A DNA stretch of 64,000 nt from Blastocladiella emersonii ATCC 22665 (lineage: Eukaryota; Fungi; Blastocladiomycota): NCBI GenBank assembly GCA_025594325.1, contig JANHCV010000005.1, positions 744,001-808,000 of the forward strand. The letters run 5' to 3'. The position numbers and the translations under genes were made by a program. Under the pieces are notes generated by a model. The model was not told the DNA's origin. It saw nothing but the letters and a program-made list of their open reading frames with translations, and did not search any database. Of this stretch, positions 47,150 to 59,405 are shown in pieces; the stretch's first letter is position 1; the number at the start of each line of letters is the position of its first letter.

Positions 47150-47665
47150 GGAGTTACGTTGAGCGATTCGCGGCAGACGCGTCGGTTTTGGGGGGGGGGG
47201 AAAGGGATCGGGGGAGGGCCGGAGACAGAGGAGACAACGCAGTTTCAGGTCACATGATGCTAGTTTTGCGTCAGAGTGACGCACCGGTCAGTGCCTTGGC
47301 GTTGTGGCGCCGCATATGGCAAGGGCCGGCGGATCGGCCGCACACCGAATCCGGCCTGATCCGCTCATCATCGTCGCTTGCGGGCGACTTCAAGCAGCCC
47401 CGTCGTGATGGGCGGCTGGCCGCGGTGACGGTGATGATGGGATGATGCTGGGGGTGATGGCGAGTGTTGCAGCTTTGCGGGTCCGGGCGTGCGGTCCAGG
47501 CAGGCCCTCGACCGCAGCCGGTGCCGCAGCGCGGTGCCCCTCGTGGCCCGCCGGGCCCTCACAGCGCGTATTTCACCTGGAGGCGCCCGCCCCTTCTCTC
47601 TCCCCTCGGTCGCCCCGCTGCTCCGAACTACTACTAGACCCCAACTACTTGCTGCACACACAACC

Positions 47666-49909
47666 ATGCCGCGCCTGTCGTCCGCCAACGTGGCGCTGGC
47701 GCTCATCGCCGTGCTGGCGTCGCTGCACGCCGCCCACGCCATGTATGCGCGACCACCGACCCGTCGCCACCCCGACCACCGCTCACCACCACCACTGCGT
47801 CCAGCTACATCGACCACTGCGGCGCCAACGAGTTCGAGCGTTTGTTCAGTCGTTCAAACTACATGGTGATGGATTGTGCGTATCTCGTCGTTGTCGGCGA
47901 TATCCCGAGCGTTCGCGCTGACGGTGTTCGTTCCCGACCTCGCAGTCCGCAACCCGCAGGTCCACATGGACGTGACCCGCTACAAGCGCGATTTCGCCGA
48001 CGCGACCAAGTGGGAGAAGGAGACCTTCATCACCTGGCGCTTCCCCAACGGCGAGCAGAACAACAAGCTGTTCTTCGTCGTCAACGAGATGGTCCCCGAG
48101 CAGCTGATCCCGAACCAGAACAACCTCATGTACTCGTGGTCCAACGACGACAAGACCTACACGCCCGTCCAGAGTACGTTCCTTTGCGTGTGGGAAGAGC
48201 GGCGCGCGTGCTGGGTGGTGAGGGTTCGGCCATGCCATACGGCCGGCCCTCGCCATCACAAGCCACCCCCACCGTGGTCGCTCGCCGAGCTGCACTCTAA
48301 CCCTCCCGTGCTGACCTCCACCACGCTCCACCCGTCGATTAGCCTCGGCCATCTCGTCGACCACTGAGCCCCTCTCCGACAAGTCGTGGGTTCGCCGCAA
48401 CGTCACCCTCACCCTGCCCGAGCCTGCGTACGTTTCCCCTCACCTTCGCGTCCCTGACCCATCTCGCTCACACCCATATCGCGTAGCCGCTACTTCAAAA
48501 TGGTGTGGCCCTCGTGCGAGTGGGACGATGCCGCCAAGCGCGCGACGTGCCGCAACTACTACTCGCCGTCCATCAACCACTTCTGCGCCGCCAACACCCA
48601 GAAGAACGAGGACGCCAACGTGCAGACGTGCTACCCGGCGGGCGACGAGCCCAACCCCAAGGCCGTGGACCCGACGCCCAAGTACTGCGGCACCGACATG
48701 ATCAACAACTTCTGGGACGACACCATCTTTGGCGCGTCCAAGAACAACAAGGGCGCCTACTCGGCCGCCGACGGCACCAGCGCCAAGACGGGCCACCACG
48801 TGCCCAAGATGGGGCTCGGCCAGGGCGAGCTGTACATGAACGTGTCGTCGTCGACCATCTGGATCGAGTCGCTGACCGCCAACAACAAGTGCTACGACGC
48901 CTCGGCCTACACGCACCTGCACCTCGAGATCACGGCGCGCTCCGACTTTTCCGTGGACATCGGCCTCGAGCAGGGCACCGCCGACAAGTGCGACCAGCGC
49001 GGCGGGTCGCAGATGTCGTGGGTCAACTCGGCCTCGTACACCAAGTGGAGCCGCCTCGCCAAGCGCAAGGTCGTGATCCCGCTCGCCGACATCAAGCCCG
49101 CGCTCAACCTCAAGAACCTGCGCTCCATCCAGATGCGCAACTTCAAGAACCCGTCCAACCAGTGGGTCTACATGGACAACATCGCCTTCGTCGGCGCCCC
49201 CGTCTACAAGCCCGTGGCCGCGAGCCCGAAGCAGGTCGACCTCGAGGCCGGCAAGGAGTCGGCGTCGGTCGCGCTCGGCTGCACGGACGCGTCCAAGTAC
49301 AACAACGAGCCCGCCGTCAAGTTCCACGCCGTGTCGTCGACGGCCGGCGCCAAGTTCAAGGTGCAGGTCGGTGTCGGCGCCAGCGGCAAGTGCGGCGGCT
49401 CGGCCGACGCGGTCTCGACGTTCGACTCGTCCAAGTACACGACGTTCCCGCTCGACGACCTGGCGATCCCGTTCGAGTTCTCGATCCCGGTGCCCGAGGC
49501 CAAGGGCAAGGCGCTGTCCACCCTCAAGTTCACGGACATCCAGCCCGCGGGCGCCAAGATCGCCATCACCAAGATCCGGCTCGGGTCCGCGTCGTGCATG
49601 GAGCCCGCCGACCCGCTGCACCCCGACTGGGACCCGGTCCCGTACCCGGCCGGGTTCAAGCAGGCGATTTACGAGGTGTGGCCCAACCCCGCCGGCACCC
49701 CCTGGGTCGACCCGCCCGCCGTTCAGGGGGATATGGACACGCTCGACCACGAGAACCACTTTGACGACTCGACGCCGAACCCGAACGACCGTCCCGCGTC
49801 CGCTGTCGCTGGCAGTAACGGGGATAAGAACGCGGCGTCGGACCGCGCTGTCGCTGGTGCTGGCGTTGTCGCGGCCGTGGTGGCCGCGGCTGTCGCGCTC
49901 ATGGCGTAG
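47666..49909 (+). CDS. Secreted, probably GPI-anchored protein with tandem galactose-binding-fold/CBM-like domains
   Basis: Signal peptide MPRLSSANVALALIAVLASLHAAHA and about four introns in the 5' part. Two similar beta-rich modules start DASAYTHLHL... and DASKYNNEPAVKF.... Ends with small-residue omega-site candidates and a hydrophobic tail (GAGVVAAVVAAAVALMA). Confidence 0.8.
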
Positions 49910-50123
49910 AGGTCCAGGGAGTGGGTGATTTTTGTACAAGCAAGCAGCTTCGCGTCATTGCAATGTAGCAACTATTTTTGTGTCCTGCCTTGCGTGTCTC
50001 GCAGCGCTCGTTTGTGGAAGGGAGACGTTTCGAGGTCCGAGTTTGACGTGTTCGCTGAGCCACAGTGCAACGCGTCGCGCCACACCGCTCAGGAGCAACT
50101 TCCGCTCTCCTCGCTTCCACACG

Positions 50124-50155
50124 TAGACTAGAATCATAGACTATAGACTAGACGA
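50124..50155 (+). promoter_or_regulatory. Cluster of TAGAC motifs with TATAGA
   Basis: GTAGACTAGAATCATAGACTATAGACTAGACG contains four TAGAC copies in 32 nt, 30-60 nt upstream of the inferred ATG at 50182. Confidence 0.4.
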
Positions 50156-50181
50156 ATACTAGATGAGCAAGATCCGTAACC

Positions 50182-51930
50182 ATGTGTGATGGACTCAAGG
50201 TCTGGCCGGCCCCTCCTCCCTCCTCCCACGCACGCACGCACGCGAACTAGCCCCAATCCGCCGCCGCGAGTAGGACACGGCCAAGGCCATCGTCGCCTTC
50301 CTCGTCTTCATCTGCATCCTGGGCCCGGCTCTGATCATCGCGGGCGGGTACATGCTGTCGATCGCGGGGCAGCCGACACGCGAGGTAGCCGTGGCCGCGT
50401 TCACGGGCGCGGGGGTCAACTGGGACCGGTTCCCCGCGTCAGGCGATTTCGGCAAACTGACCGTGACGGCGCGCACCGCCAACTCCACCTACACCGTGGG
50501 CCGCACGGGGAGCCGCGGCAAGGAGGAGAGCAAGCTGGCGAGCACCGAGCCGACGGTGCCGCTCCCCACCTCGCTGTACCGGTACGAGGGCGCGGTGCCG
50601 AGCACGGCGAACGCGACGCTCGCGTGGACCAGCGACCGGTACAACGGGACGCAGCCGCTCGGTGCCGACCTGTTCCCGCAGCTCGTCACGTACACGCTGG
50701 GCGCGTCGTCGCTCGACTGCCGCACGGGCGCGTGCACGCAGAGCAAGCAGGACGACCGCGACGCGTGCAACCGGAAACCGCTGTGCTCGACGGCGTGCCC
50801 GGGGGCTGGGGGACAGTGGAACGCGACGACGGCGCGGTGCCGGTTCGACCTGTACCCGACGTCCGTGTGCCTCCTGTACGACCAGAACGGCGGGGTGAGT
50901 ACGACGACGGGTTGCTACTACGAGACGGTGCCGCCGGTCCAGGGCGCGGCGGGCGTCCTGCGCAGCTACGGGATCGCCGAGTACGGGACACAGAAACCTG
51001 CGTCGGTCCGCGTCCAGCTCCGCCATGTCGACGACCCGATCGTCCTCGCGTCGTCGTTGACGGAGGGGAGCTACTACTTTGGCCTGTCCATTGTGCGCTT
51101 CTCGCGGAGAATGGCCGTGGTCGTGATCTGACTCGCCGCCGTTGCGCGCCGTGTAGGAGCAAAAGAAGACGATCGGTATCTCGCTCATCATCCCGGGCGC
51201 CATCGTCACGGTATCCCTCTTCGGTGGCCTCGCCTACTTTTTGGTGTGCCGCGGCCGCGGCGGCCGCCAGTGCACCATCAACTGCTGCGCGCGGCCACCG
51301 GCCACGGTCGCCCCGCCGCCGGCGCCACCAGCGCCGCCGTCGCCCGAGCCCAAGCCGCCCGTCGTTATCGAGCAACCCGCAGCTACCGTGACCATGTACC
51401 CGTACCCAGACCCGTCGCCCGCGTCACTCCCCGCGGGCGAGCCAGTCAAGGACCCGAGCGCGGGATGGTTCGGCGGGCCGCGGTACTCCATGTCGATGCC
51501 CGAGGCGCCCGCGCCGGTGCCGTATCCGCCGGCGTCCGCGCCGAATCTTCCTGCGTCCGCGCCGTACCCTCCCGCTCCCGCACCATACCCGTCGGCCCCG
51601 TACCCGCCGCCACCGGCCATGGCCATGTACCTGCCTCCTCCCGCGGGCGCGATGATGCCGGCGATCCCGGGCGCCGTCGTGTACCCGCCTCTGATGCAGC
51701 AGGCGGGCGGCATGTACCCGGGCCACGCGCTACCGGCGCTCGCGGGCGGGGTGGTCGCAGTCCCCGGGCCGAGCAGCCCGCCGCCCGTGTACTCGGAGCA
51801 GGCGGTCGCGGGGCCGTCGTCGTCGTTGGCGACGGGCGGGCACACGGTGGTGCAGGTCGAGCCCGAGAAGCAGTCGGCCGAGAAGAAGAAGGGCGAGGAT
51901 GACGAGAACGGGTTCAGTCTGTTCGACTAG
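50182..51930 (+). CDS. Two-TM membrane protein with a Cys-rich ectodomain and a Pro/Tyr-rich cytosolic tail
   Basis: Inferred exons MCDGLK / DTAKAIVAFLVFICILGPALIIAGGYML (TM1), a Cys-rich loop with N-glycosylation sequons, and then, after an intron, EQKKTIGISLIIPGAIVTVSLFGGLAYFLVC (TM2). The tail has PYP repeats and PPVY. Confidence 0.75.
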
Positions 51931-51994
51931 CTCGCGGCGGCTGTGCAACGATACAAGAAATACATTTCCAGTCGCTAACCACCCACCCACTTCA

Positions 51995-52754
51995 TCACAG
52001 CGGGACCACCGACATGTGCACGAGGAGATGCCACGCGTGTCTGACGAGAAACGCGACCTTGACACCCGCGACCACCGTGTACGCCGTGTGGTACAGCACC
52101 GATTTACGCGTCGACACCTTGGGCGGCACGGTCCCCTCGATCCGGTCCGCGGCGCGCGCGAGCAGGACCGGCAGGAACACGAACGTCTGCAGCGGCAGGA
52201 AGGCGAGGTCGGGCGCGATGTTGGGCCACACGGGCGGCGACCACGACGGGAATGCGGACGCGAGCGACGACGAGCGCGGGGACGCAGAGTCGAGGACCGA
52301 GGCGAGCGCGGAGGGTAGCGCGGCGATCACGTCCCGCGCAACGCGCGGCCAGTCGAGAATGTAGACGAGGCGCGCGACCGAGGCGACGATCTCGGTCAGG
52401 TGCAGCGCGGCGAAGACGTGGCTACACGCAGTTCGAGCGTGAGCACGGTTCAGGTACCGCGTCCGGCGAGTGCGCGTACCGTCCGACATCCAGCGCGACG
52501 GGCTTGGAGATCGACGGCGCGTGGAACTTGGTCGGGGCCTCGAGGAAGCTGATCCCGGCGACGAACCCGGCGCGGACCAGGCACAGGACCACGTCGATGC
52601 GGCGCAGCTCGGCGGCCGAAGTTGTGGCGGTGCCGCGCGCGAGGAACCGCGCCGTGCCCATGACGGCCAGCGACGCGCCGTACGCGGCGTGCGGCGCGAA
52701 CGGGTGACGCAGGATGCGCGAGTACAGCGAGCCGTTGCGTTTGGTTGATGGCAT
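51995..52754 (-). CDS. DUF4149-like small membrane protein (bacterial-type)
   Basis: AGFVAGISFLEAPTKFHAPSISKPVALDVGR / HVFAALHLTE (one intron) and a C-terminal YHTAYTVVAGVK. These match my recollection of the bacterial GISFLEAP.KF.AP...GL.IGR.VF.AL family. Confidence 0.7.
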
Positions 52755-52970
52755 GGTTTAAGTGTGAGTGTGGGATCCGGTCAGGGGAGAGAGGAGCGGG
52801 GGTAAGGTTCGCGGGGCCAAGAAGAGCGCGTCGCGTGGCGCGCCTCACGCACGTGGCGGCAGATCACCGCGCGCCTGCGGCTTTTCACGCGCGCCGCGAT
52901 TGCCGAGGTTTATGCAGCGACCTCGTCCCTCGCTCCCTCTCTCCCCCTTCAACATTGCATGCAACCGAAA

Positions 52971-53978
52971 ATGGCCGTGACCCGCACCGCCCTCCGCGCC
53001 GCGCTCAAGGCGCGCGTGCCCGTGATCGCGTCGCCCATGTTCCTGGTGTCGGGCCCGGCGCTCGTGACGGCGGCGTGCCGCGCGGGCGCCGTGGGCTCGT
53101 TCCCGACGCTGAACGCGCGCAAGCTGGCCGACCTGGACGCGTGGCTCGCAGAGATCACTTCCGACCTGGCCGCGGCGCGCGCCAAGGGCGAGTCGCCCGC
53201 CGAGTTCGCCGTGAACCTGATCGTGCACAAGACAAACCCGCGGCTGCGCGACGACCTGGCGCTGGTCGCCAAGTACAAGGTGCCCGTGGTGATCACGAGC
53301 CTGGGCGCGTCGCAGGACGTGATCGACGCGGTCCACGCGTACGGCGGCGCCGTCTTCCACGACGTGACGAACCTGCGCCACGCCGAGAAGGCGGTTGCCG
53401 CGGGCGTCGACGGCCTGATTGCCGTGTGCGCGGGCGCCGGTGGGCACGCGGGCCCGGCTACGCCGTTCGCGCTCGTCCCGCAGCTGCGCGCGCGGTTCCC
53501 CGACACGATCCTGATCGCCGGCGGCGCCATCTCGGACGGCCGCACGGTGCGCGCCGCGCAGACGCTCGGCGCCGACCTCGCATACATGGGCACGCGGTTC
53601 ATTGCCACCCGCGAGGCCATGTCGCCCGACGAGTACAAGCACATGCTGGTGACCGCCAAGTCGGGCCCCGCGCCCTCGTTCCTCCCGACCGTCTACACGG
53701 ACAAGATCTCGGGCGTCAACGCCAACTTTTTGCGTGACTCGCTCGTGCGCGCGGGCATGGACCCCGACAAGCTCGCGAGCGCGGACCACGTCGAGGAGGA
53801 CTTTTCGAAGCTCAACGCCCAGGAGTCCAAGGCGTGGAAGGACCTGTGGTCCGCCGGCCACGGCGTCCTCAACATCCACGATATCCCGACCACCAAGGAG
53901 CTCGTCGACCGCCTCGCCAACGAGTACCAGCTCGCCGTCAAGGACGAGAACACGCGCCTCGCCCAGTGGACGCAATAA
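52971..53978 (+). CDS. Nitronate monooxygenase / 2-nitropropane dioxygenase-like FMN enzyme
   Basis: PVIASPMFLVS, GSFPTLNAR, AVNLIVHKTN, ITSLG, AGAGGHAG, AYMGTRFIAT.EA and KAWKDLWSAGHG. Intronless. Confidence 0.92.
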   Translation: MAVTRTALRAALKARVPVIASPMFLVSGPALVTAACRAGAVGSFPTLNARKLADLDAWLAEITSDLAAARAKGESPAEFAVNLIVHKTNPRLRDDLALVAKYKVPVVITSLGASQDVIDAVHAYGGAVFHDVTNLRHAEKAVAAGVDGLIAVCAGAGGHAGPATPFALVPQLRARFPDTILIAGGAISDGRTVRAAQTLGADLAYMGTRFIATREAMSPDEYKHMLVTAKSGPAPSFLPTVYTDKISGVNANFLRDSLVRAGMDPDKLASADHVEEDFSKLNAQESKAWKDLWSAGHGVLNIHDIPTTKELVDRLANEYQLAVKDENTRLAQWTQ

Positions 53979-54209
53979 CTTGCGACGTGTGGTTTGCGTC
54001 GCCCATGTGAATGAATTGACTCGTTATTTTGCTTCACCTTGATGTGTCACGCGATTGAACGACGCGTCTCCCACCTCAGCGACGCGTCTCGCACCGCCTG
54101 TGCTTGGTCGCGTCTCGCGCTTCCACCTCCGATGCCGAACGGATACTCTGATCAAAGCCCACCCAGCCATACCAATACCGATCCCTCTCACCCTGCAACG
54201 CAATCACAC

Positions 54210-56031
54210 ATGAACGACAACGTCCAGCTCCCGCCCATCGGCGGCGGAGCCTCATCAGTGGTCGGCCACAGCGGCGGCGTTCCGTCATCGGCCACCTCGT
54301 CGCACCGCCTGACGCGCCGCGAGTCGGGCAACATGCTCGCCAGCTCGAGCGGCAGCGCCGCTGCGCCGTCCAGCAGCCTGTCGTCGAGCTCGAGCAGCGC
54401 GGGCTCGTCCGGCAAACTCATGTACACGGACCCGCTCCACGCGGCGGGGCGGATCCGGACAGGCAGCGCGGCACCTCCCGCCATGCCGCTGCCGACGTCG
54501 GGAAGCGGGAGCGGCGGGCACGACGGACACCTGTACCACCCGCACGCCGCGCCACCGCCGCCTTCGGCGTCCGCCAAGGCGAGGACGCGCGGCGGGACAG
54601 GGTCGTCGATCGGCGGCGGGGCCAGTGCGAGCGCGGAGCAGTACTCGCTCGGTACGCTTCCGCCACAGCCCAAGACCACGCCAACCACTGATCCTTGTCC
54701 GAATAGGCCTCCCCTCATTCGGCGCGCCCTCGAGCCGCAGCGCGTCGACCCACCCTAGCCCGCTCCCGAGCCCGATGCCCGGCCGCGCGTCCGCCGTCGC
54801 GGGTGGCGGCCGCCCACCGTCCGGCGCCGCGAGCAGCCAGGGTATGGGGTATCTTCGCACCGCGCCGCTGCAGGCCATCGCGTCGCCCGGACCCGGACCC
54901 GGACCCGGCTCGGCGCCCGTGGGTCCGACGGCCGCGGCCGAGTCGTCAGGCGGCGTCATGTCCCCCGTGCCGAGCAGCGGCGGAGCGAGCACGATTGCGG
55001 CGAGCGAAGAGGGTGAGGCGGATCAGGACGCGGGCGTGGTGCTCACGCGCGACCTGGTGGTCGCGAAGAATGTGGTCAAGGCCGAGCAGGGCGCCGCGGC
55101 CGCGGAAGTGTACGGACCGTGTGCAGGTGGAGTGGGGGGTGGGCGAGACTGACGATGGCCACGGCCGTGTATGTAGCGACCAGCAGCTGCGGTTCCTGAC
55201 GCACCTGCGGCTCGACCGGCTCGGGCTCGTGGCCGTCGACTACATTGCCGGGTGGAAGCACATTACGAACCTGTACCTCCAACACGTACGTCATCCCCCT
55301 CCCCGTCACGCTCATCGCGCGCTGACACCCTCCGCCCGTAGAACAACCTGACCTCGACCGCAGGCCTCGCCTCGCTAACCAACCTCCGCTTCCTGACGCT
55401 GTCGCACAACCGCCTCGTTCACCTCGACGACATGTCCCGCCTGCCTCGCCTCGTCCTGCTGGACGTGAGCCACAACGCGCTGCCGTCACCCTGGTCGTCG
55501 CACCTCGCCTCGCTCCCGCCCTCGCTCGTGTTCCTGGACGTGGCCAGCAACCCGTGCACGGTCGCCTTCACCTCCCCCACGGCCTCGCCCGACACGCGCG
55601 CGAGCTTCGTCGCGTCCATCACCACGGCGTGCCCGGCCATCGAGGAGCTCAACGGCCACCCGCTCGCCGCTGCGCCGAAACAGGACCGGCCCGACGACGA
55701 CGAGGACCTGTTCGCATACATGTGCTACGCGAACGCGGCGCTCCCGCCCGGGCCCGCGGGGTCGATCACGGCGCTCGTGGCCGCCGCGCAGCACAAGGCG
55801 AGGCCGGCGAAAAGCGGCGATGAAGGACAAGTGCCGCCGCCAGACGTCCTGCGGATCGCCGCGTTCGGCGTCGACGACGTGCGCCGCGCCATTGACGGGT
55901 CGCTCCGCCGCGCGTCGGGCCACGACGAGTACATGCGCCGCCTGCGCGAGGTCAAGGCGCGGTTCGGGTACCCGGCGACGCTCGCGGCCGCGAACGCGGT
56001 GGACGCGGCAAGGGCGGGGCCCGGGACTTAA
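54210..56031 (+). CDS. LRRC46: Leucine-rich repeat protein of the LRRC46 type (ciliary/flagellar)
   Basis: After a Ser/Gly-rich N-terminus, spliced exons read LTRDLVVAKN / LTHLRLDRLGL...ITNLYLQH / NNLTSTAGLASLTNLRFLTLSHNRL...LLDVSHNAL...PPSLVFLDVASNPC. This parallels LRRC46 (VRLDR, SLYLQ.N, RFLSL..N, PQSL..LNL.GN.C). About three introns. Confidence 0.7.
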
Positions 56032-56073
56032 TTGGAGATGTATTCCGCGCTTTCAATCCAAAATTTTCCCTCC

Positions 56074-57596
56074 CTACGCATGCACCTTCCACAGCCGCAC
56101 CGAGAGATCAAAGCTCGCCGTCGTCAGGACCCCGTCCTCGGCGCGAAACGCGACGTCGCGCACGACGTGCGTGTGGCCCGTGAGCCGCGCCACGATCTGC
56201 GTCGCCGTCGTGTACATTTCGCCGCGCACCTTGCCCGCGCGCACCCCACTTCCGACCAAAGGGAACGTGGCGACGACCAGGACCGTGTGCGGGTCGGCCG
56301 TCACCACGAAATACGCGTCGGTCGCGAGCCACGCGATGCGCGGGCGCGTCCACTCGTCGACGGTGCCCGTATAGAAGTTGCGTGCCGCGACGAGCGACCA
56401 CGGGGCCGCGGGGTCGGTCCCCGCGACAAAACGCCATAGGATGACGCGGCCCGACGCCATCGACGTCGCCATGGCGAGGTACGCGCGCGACGGCGACCGC
56501 GCGACGTGGAGCGCCGTGAACGCCACGTGGCCCGGCGCGGTGCCCTTGTCGTGCGTCGTCTGCGCCCACACGCGCGGCGCGGTCGAGGTCGAGCAAAAGT
56601 ACACGTCGCTCGAGTCGCGCACCGCGACCACCGCGTACGCGTCGTCGGGCGTCAGCGCGACCGACTCGACGGCGCCCGTGAACGTGTACGTGAACTCGGG
56701 CATCGGCTCGAGGCCAAGGCCGTCGCCCGACCCCAAAACGTGCATCGCCACCGTCCGGTCGTAGCTCCCCGACACGAGCACATCGCCGCCGCGCGCCCAG
56801 ACGACCGACGGGCACGGTTTCGTGTGCGGCTTGGTGCGCGCGACGACGGGTTCCCCGCCGCCGGCCTCAAGCCGCGCCGCGTCGAGCAGCAGCAGCGTCC
56901 CGTCCATGCACCCGACGGCGAGCAGGTCCGCGCGCTCTGGGTGCTGCGCGATCGCGAGCGCGGGCGCGGGGAGGGTCACGCGCGCGAGCGTCTCGGTGTC
57001 GGACAGGTACGCGGTCTCGCCCGCTTCGGTGGGGTTGGTGGGGAGCTCGGCGTTGGAGGTGAAGAGGAGCGAGCGGTCGGCGGCGGCAGAGACGAGGATC
57101 GGGTGCGTGGGGTCGAGCGACGGGATGACCAGGCGCTGGGCGACGAGGAGGTTCGCGCCGTGGAGCATCGGAAGCGCGGCGGCGGGCGGCGGGTCGAGCA
57201 GCTGGTGCTCGGGGTTGGTGGGCGGGGTGTTGATCGTCGCGCTATGGTGGTCGTGCGTCAGCGACCAGTCCTAACAAGTTTTGCTGCAGCCCAGCTGGGG
57301 AAAGAGCGCGCGCACTCTGGGTCCTCGTCGAGCTCCGCCTTGCTCTCGACCGACATCTCATCGACGGCGCGCGCGAGGCGCATCTCGTTCCACTGCTCGA
57401 GGACCGCGAGGAGCGGCGGCAGGTCGGCGTCTTTCCCCGCAGACGAGGGCGGGAGGTAGGTCGGGGCGTTGTCGTCAAAGACCTGCTCGAGGAAGGCGGC
57501 GTGGGCGAGGTCGAAGCCGTTGTCCTTGAGGTAGGCCAGGATCAGCGAGTTGGCCATGGCAACGGGGCCGGTGCGGGAAGTCGGTGAGTCGAGCAT
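56074..57596 (-). CDS. LisH-like N-terminus plus WD40-repeat protein
   Basis: LILAYLKDNGFDLAHAAF (LisH-like). WD repeats: LLAVGCMDGTLLL, HTKPCPSVVW, LVSGSYDRTV and LTGHTHVVRDVAF...ASFDLSVRLW. One intron at about 57320-57265. Confidence 0.8.
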
Positions 57597-57704
57597 GTTG
57601 CAGCAAGTTACATGGGCTTCATGGACGGGGGAGGGAGTGGCGCGGGAGAGCGGGGCGAGGTGAACGACGCGACGCCGGGATGGATCAAAACTGCTACTAC
57701 TCTA

Positions 57705-58509
57705 TTACTCGCATATCCTAAGGTAATGCTGCGCCGTCCGATCCGCGCCGTGCCCGTCCGCGAGAAACGCCGTGACAAGCTCGCGGTCGCGCGCATCCCA
57801 CGCCTGCGCGTCCGCGGGCCGAAGCAGGCAGCGCAAGTTGGCGCGGAACGTCCATGCGTAGTAGTTCCTCGGCTTGCGCGCGGCCATGGCGGCGATCACG
57901 GCGTGCTCGCGCTCCAACACCGCTGAGCCATCAACATGACCAAGCTCGACCTCGCGCTCGACGAGCCAAAGGCGGTGGTGCCACTGGACCGAGCTGCCGG
58001 GCTGGCGCGAGAGGAAGACGCGGGACGCGGCGAGTTCGGCGTCGATCGCGGGCCGGGTAATCGAGAGAAGGCGTTTGCGCAGGTTGAGGGCCATGGGGTA
58101 CTCGGGGCATACGAGGAGGAGCAGGCGCGTCACGCGCCACGCGTCGGCGAGGTCGGCGGGGGTGGTAAGGGGGCGTTGACGGGTAGCGTGGAAGGTGGCG
58201 GTCAAGCGCGAGAGGAGGAGCGGGACGGTCCACAGAGGGATCCCGAGGTACGCGTCGGCGCCCTCGCGGCCCAGGGCGAAGATGGCGGCGGCGGGGTCCT
58301 CGGTTAACCAGTCGGATGGCGGCTCAACCGGTGGGATGAGCGAGACTTCACGCCTAGACGGGGCAGCAGGTCAGCACGAGGACTCAGCAGCGACGCGACG
58401 CAGCGTACAGCAGGGCAAAGCACTCGTCCGTGACGATAGCATCGAGGCGGTCGACGAGGACCTGCCGCGGGTCGCGTTTCACCGAGTCGGCGGCCTCATT
58501 GCGCTGCAT
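57705..58509 (-). CDS. PTAR1: Protein prenyltransferase alpha-subunit repeat protein (PTAR1/Ecm9-like)
   Basis: TRLLLLVCPEYPMALNLRKRLL, SSVQWHHRLWL and KPRNYYAWTFR are PFTA repeats. The 5' exon structure is inferred. Confidence 0.78.
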
Positions 58510-59405
58510 GGCTGGTTGGTCGATCTTCCAAGCGGAGACGTGGAGACATTCGCGTACAGGAGCGTGGTGGCGCAAGCACGCGTGGCGGCGGCCGTCAGGT
58601 GACAGGCGCGTGCGCGCGTGGGAGGCATTCCGCCGTCTCTCGTCTGCCCTTCACGCGTCGCTCGCTGCGCCGCCCGCGGCCGAGGGAGGGGGCGCGCGCG
58701 TGTCCCGCGTTCCGTCCCGCCCCCCTCCCCGCCTCGCACCTGGAGAGCTGCACCCTGTCCGCACTGCGCCCTCCGACGACGACCGCGCCAACGACGACGA
58801 CCGGGCCACCACCTCTCGATCGCCCTTGTCGCTGCCCATCCGCCCCTGCTCGCGAGCACGCACGCACGCGCACCTCTCGCACACACGCTCTCCTCTGGCC
58901 ATCGCCCCCCGACGCTCGAGCCAAGCAGCGATCCGTAATCCATCCACTCTCCTGTCCACGCGCCGTTGCGAGTACGTTTCGCCGCGTTCGTCTGCTCGCC
59001 CCTCTTCCCCCTCCCTCCATCGACAGCGACACGCACATGTCCCATCGTCCAGATCGCGGCTTCTCGCCCGCATCGGCGTGCGCGGCCAGATCGCCGTCGT
59101 GATCGCCGTGCGCGGACCCTGCTCAAGCCGCAAGCCTCGCGCCCACTCGTCTCCGCACCCGGGTGATCCTGGGCGCGAGCGGTAGTGGTGCCTCGAGTTC
59201 AGCTTCGCCACTCGGACTTCACTTCATTCGAGGTCGAGCTGACGTGTGTGTGGTGTGTGCGCCGCGCCACGCGTCTCGCGCGCCTCCGCCGCCGCCGCGC
59301 GCGCCGCTCCCCCTCCCTCCCGCCCCTCCTTCCGCCCCTCACTCACCCACTAACCACGACCCCCTAACCCCCCGCCGTAGCTTCCTGCAACCCGCAGCAG
59401 CAGCA

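Noticed and set aside
57550-57566. RFX X-box-like palindrome GTTGGCCATGGCAAC
   Set aside because: Imperfect spacing, and it overlaps the coding start of the WD40 gene, so it is likely coincidental.
58510-59400. Overlapping ORFs between PTAR1 and PKA-R
   Set aside because: No coding signal. Consistent with a GC-rich divergent promoter region.
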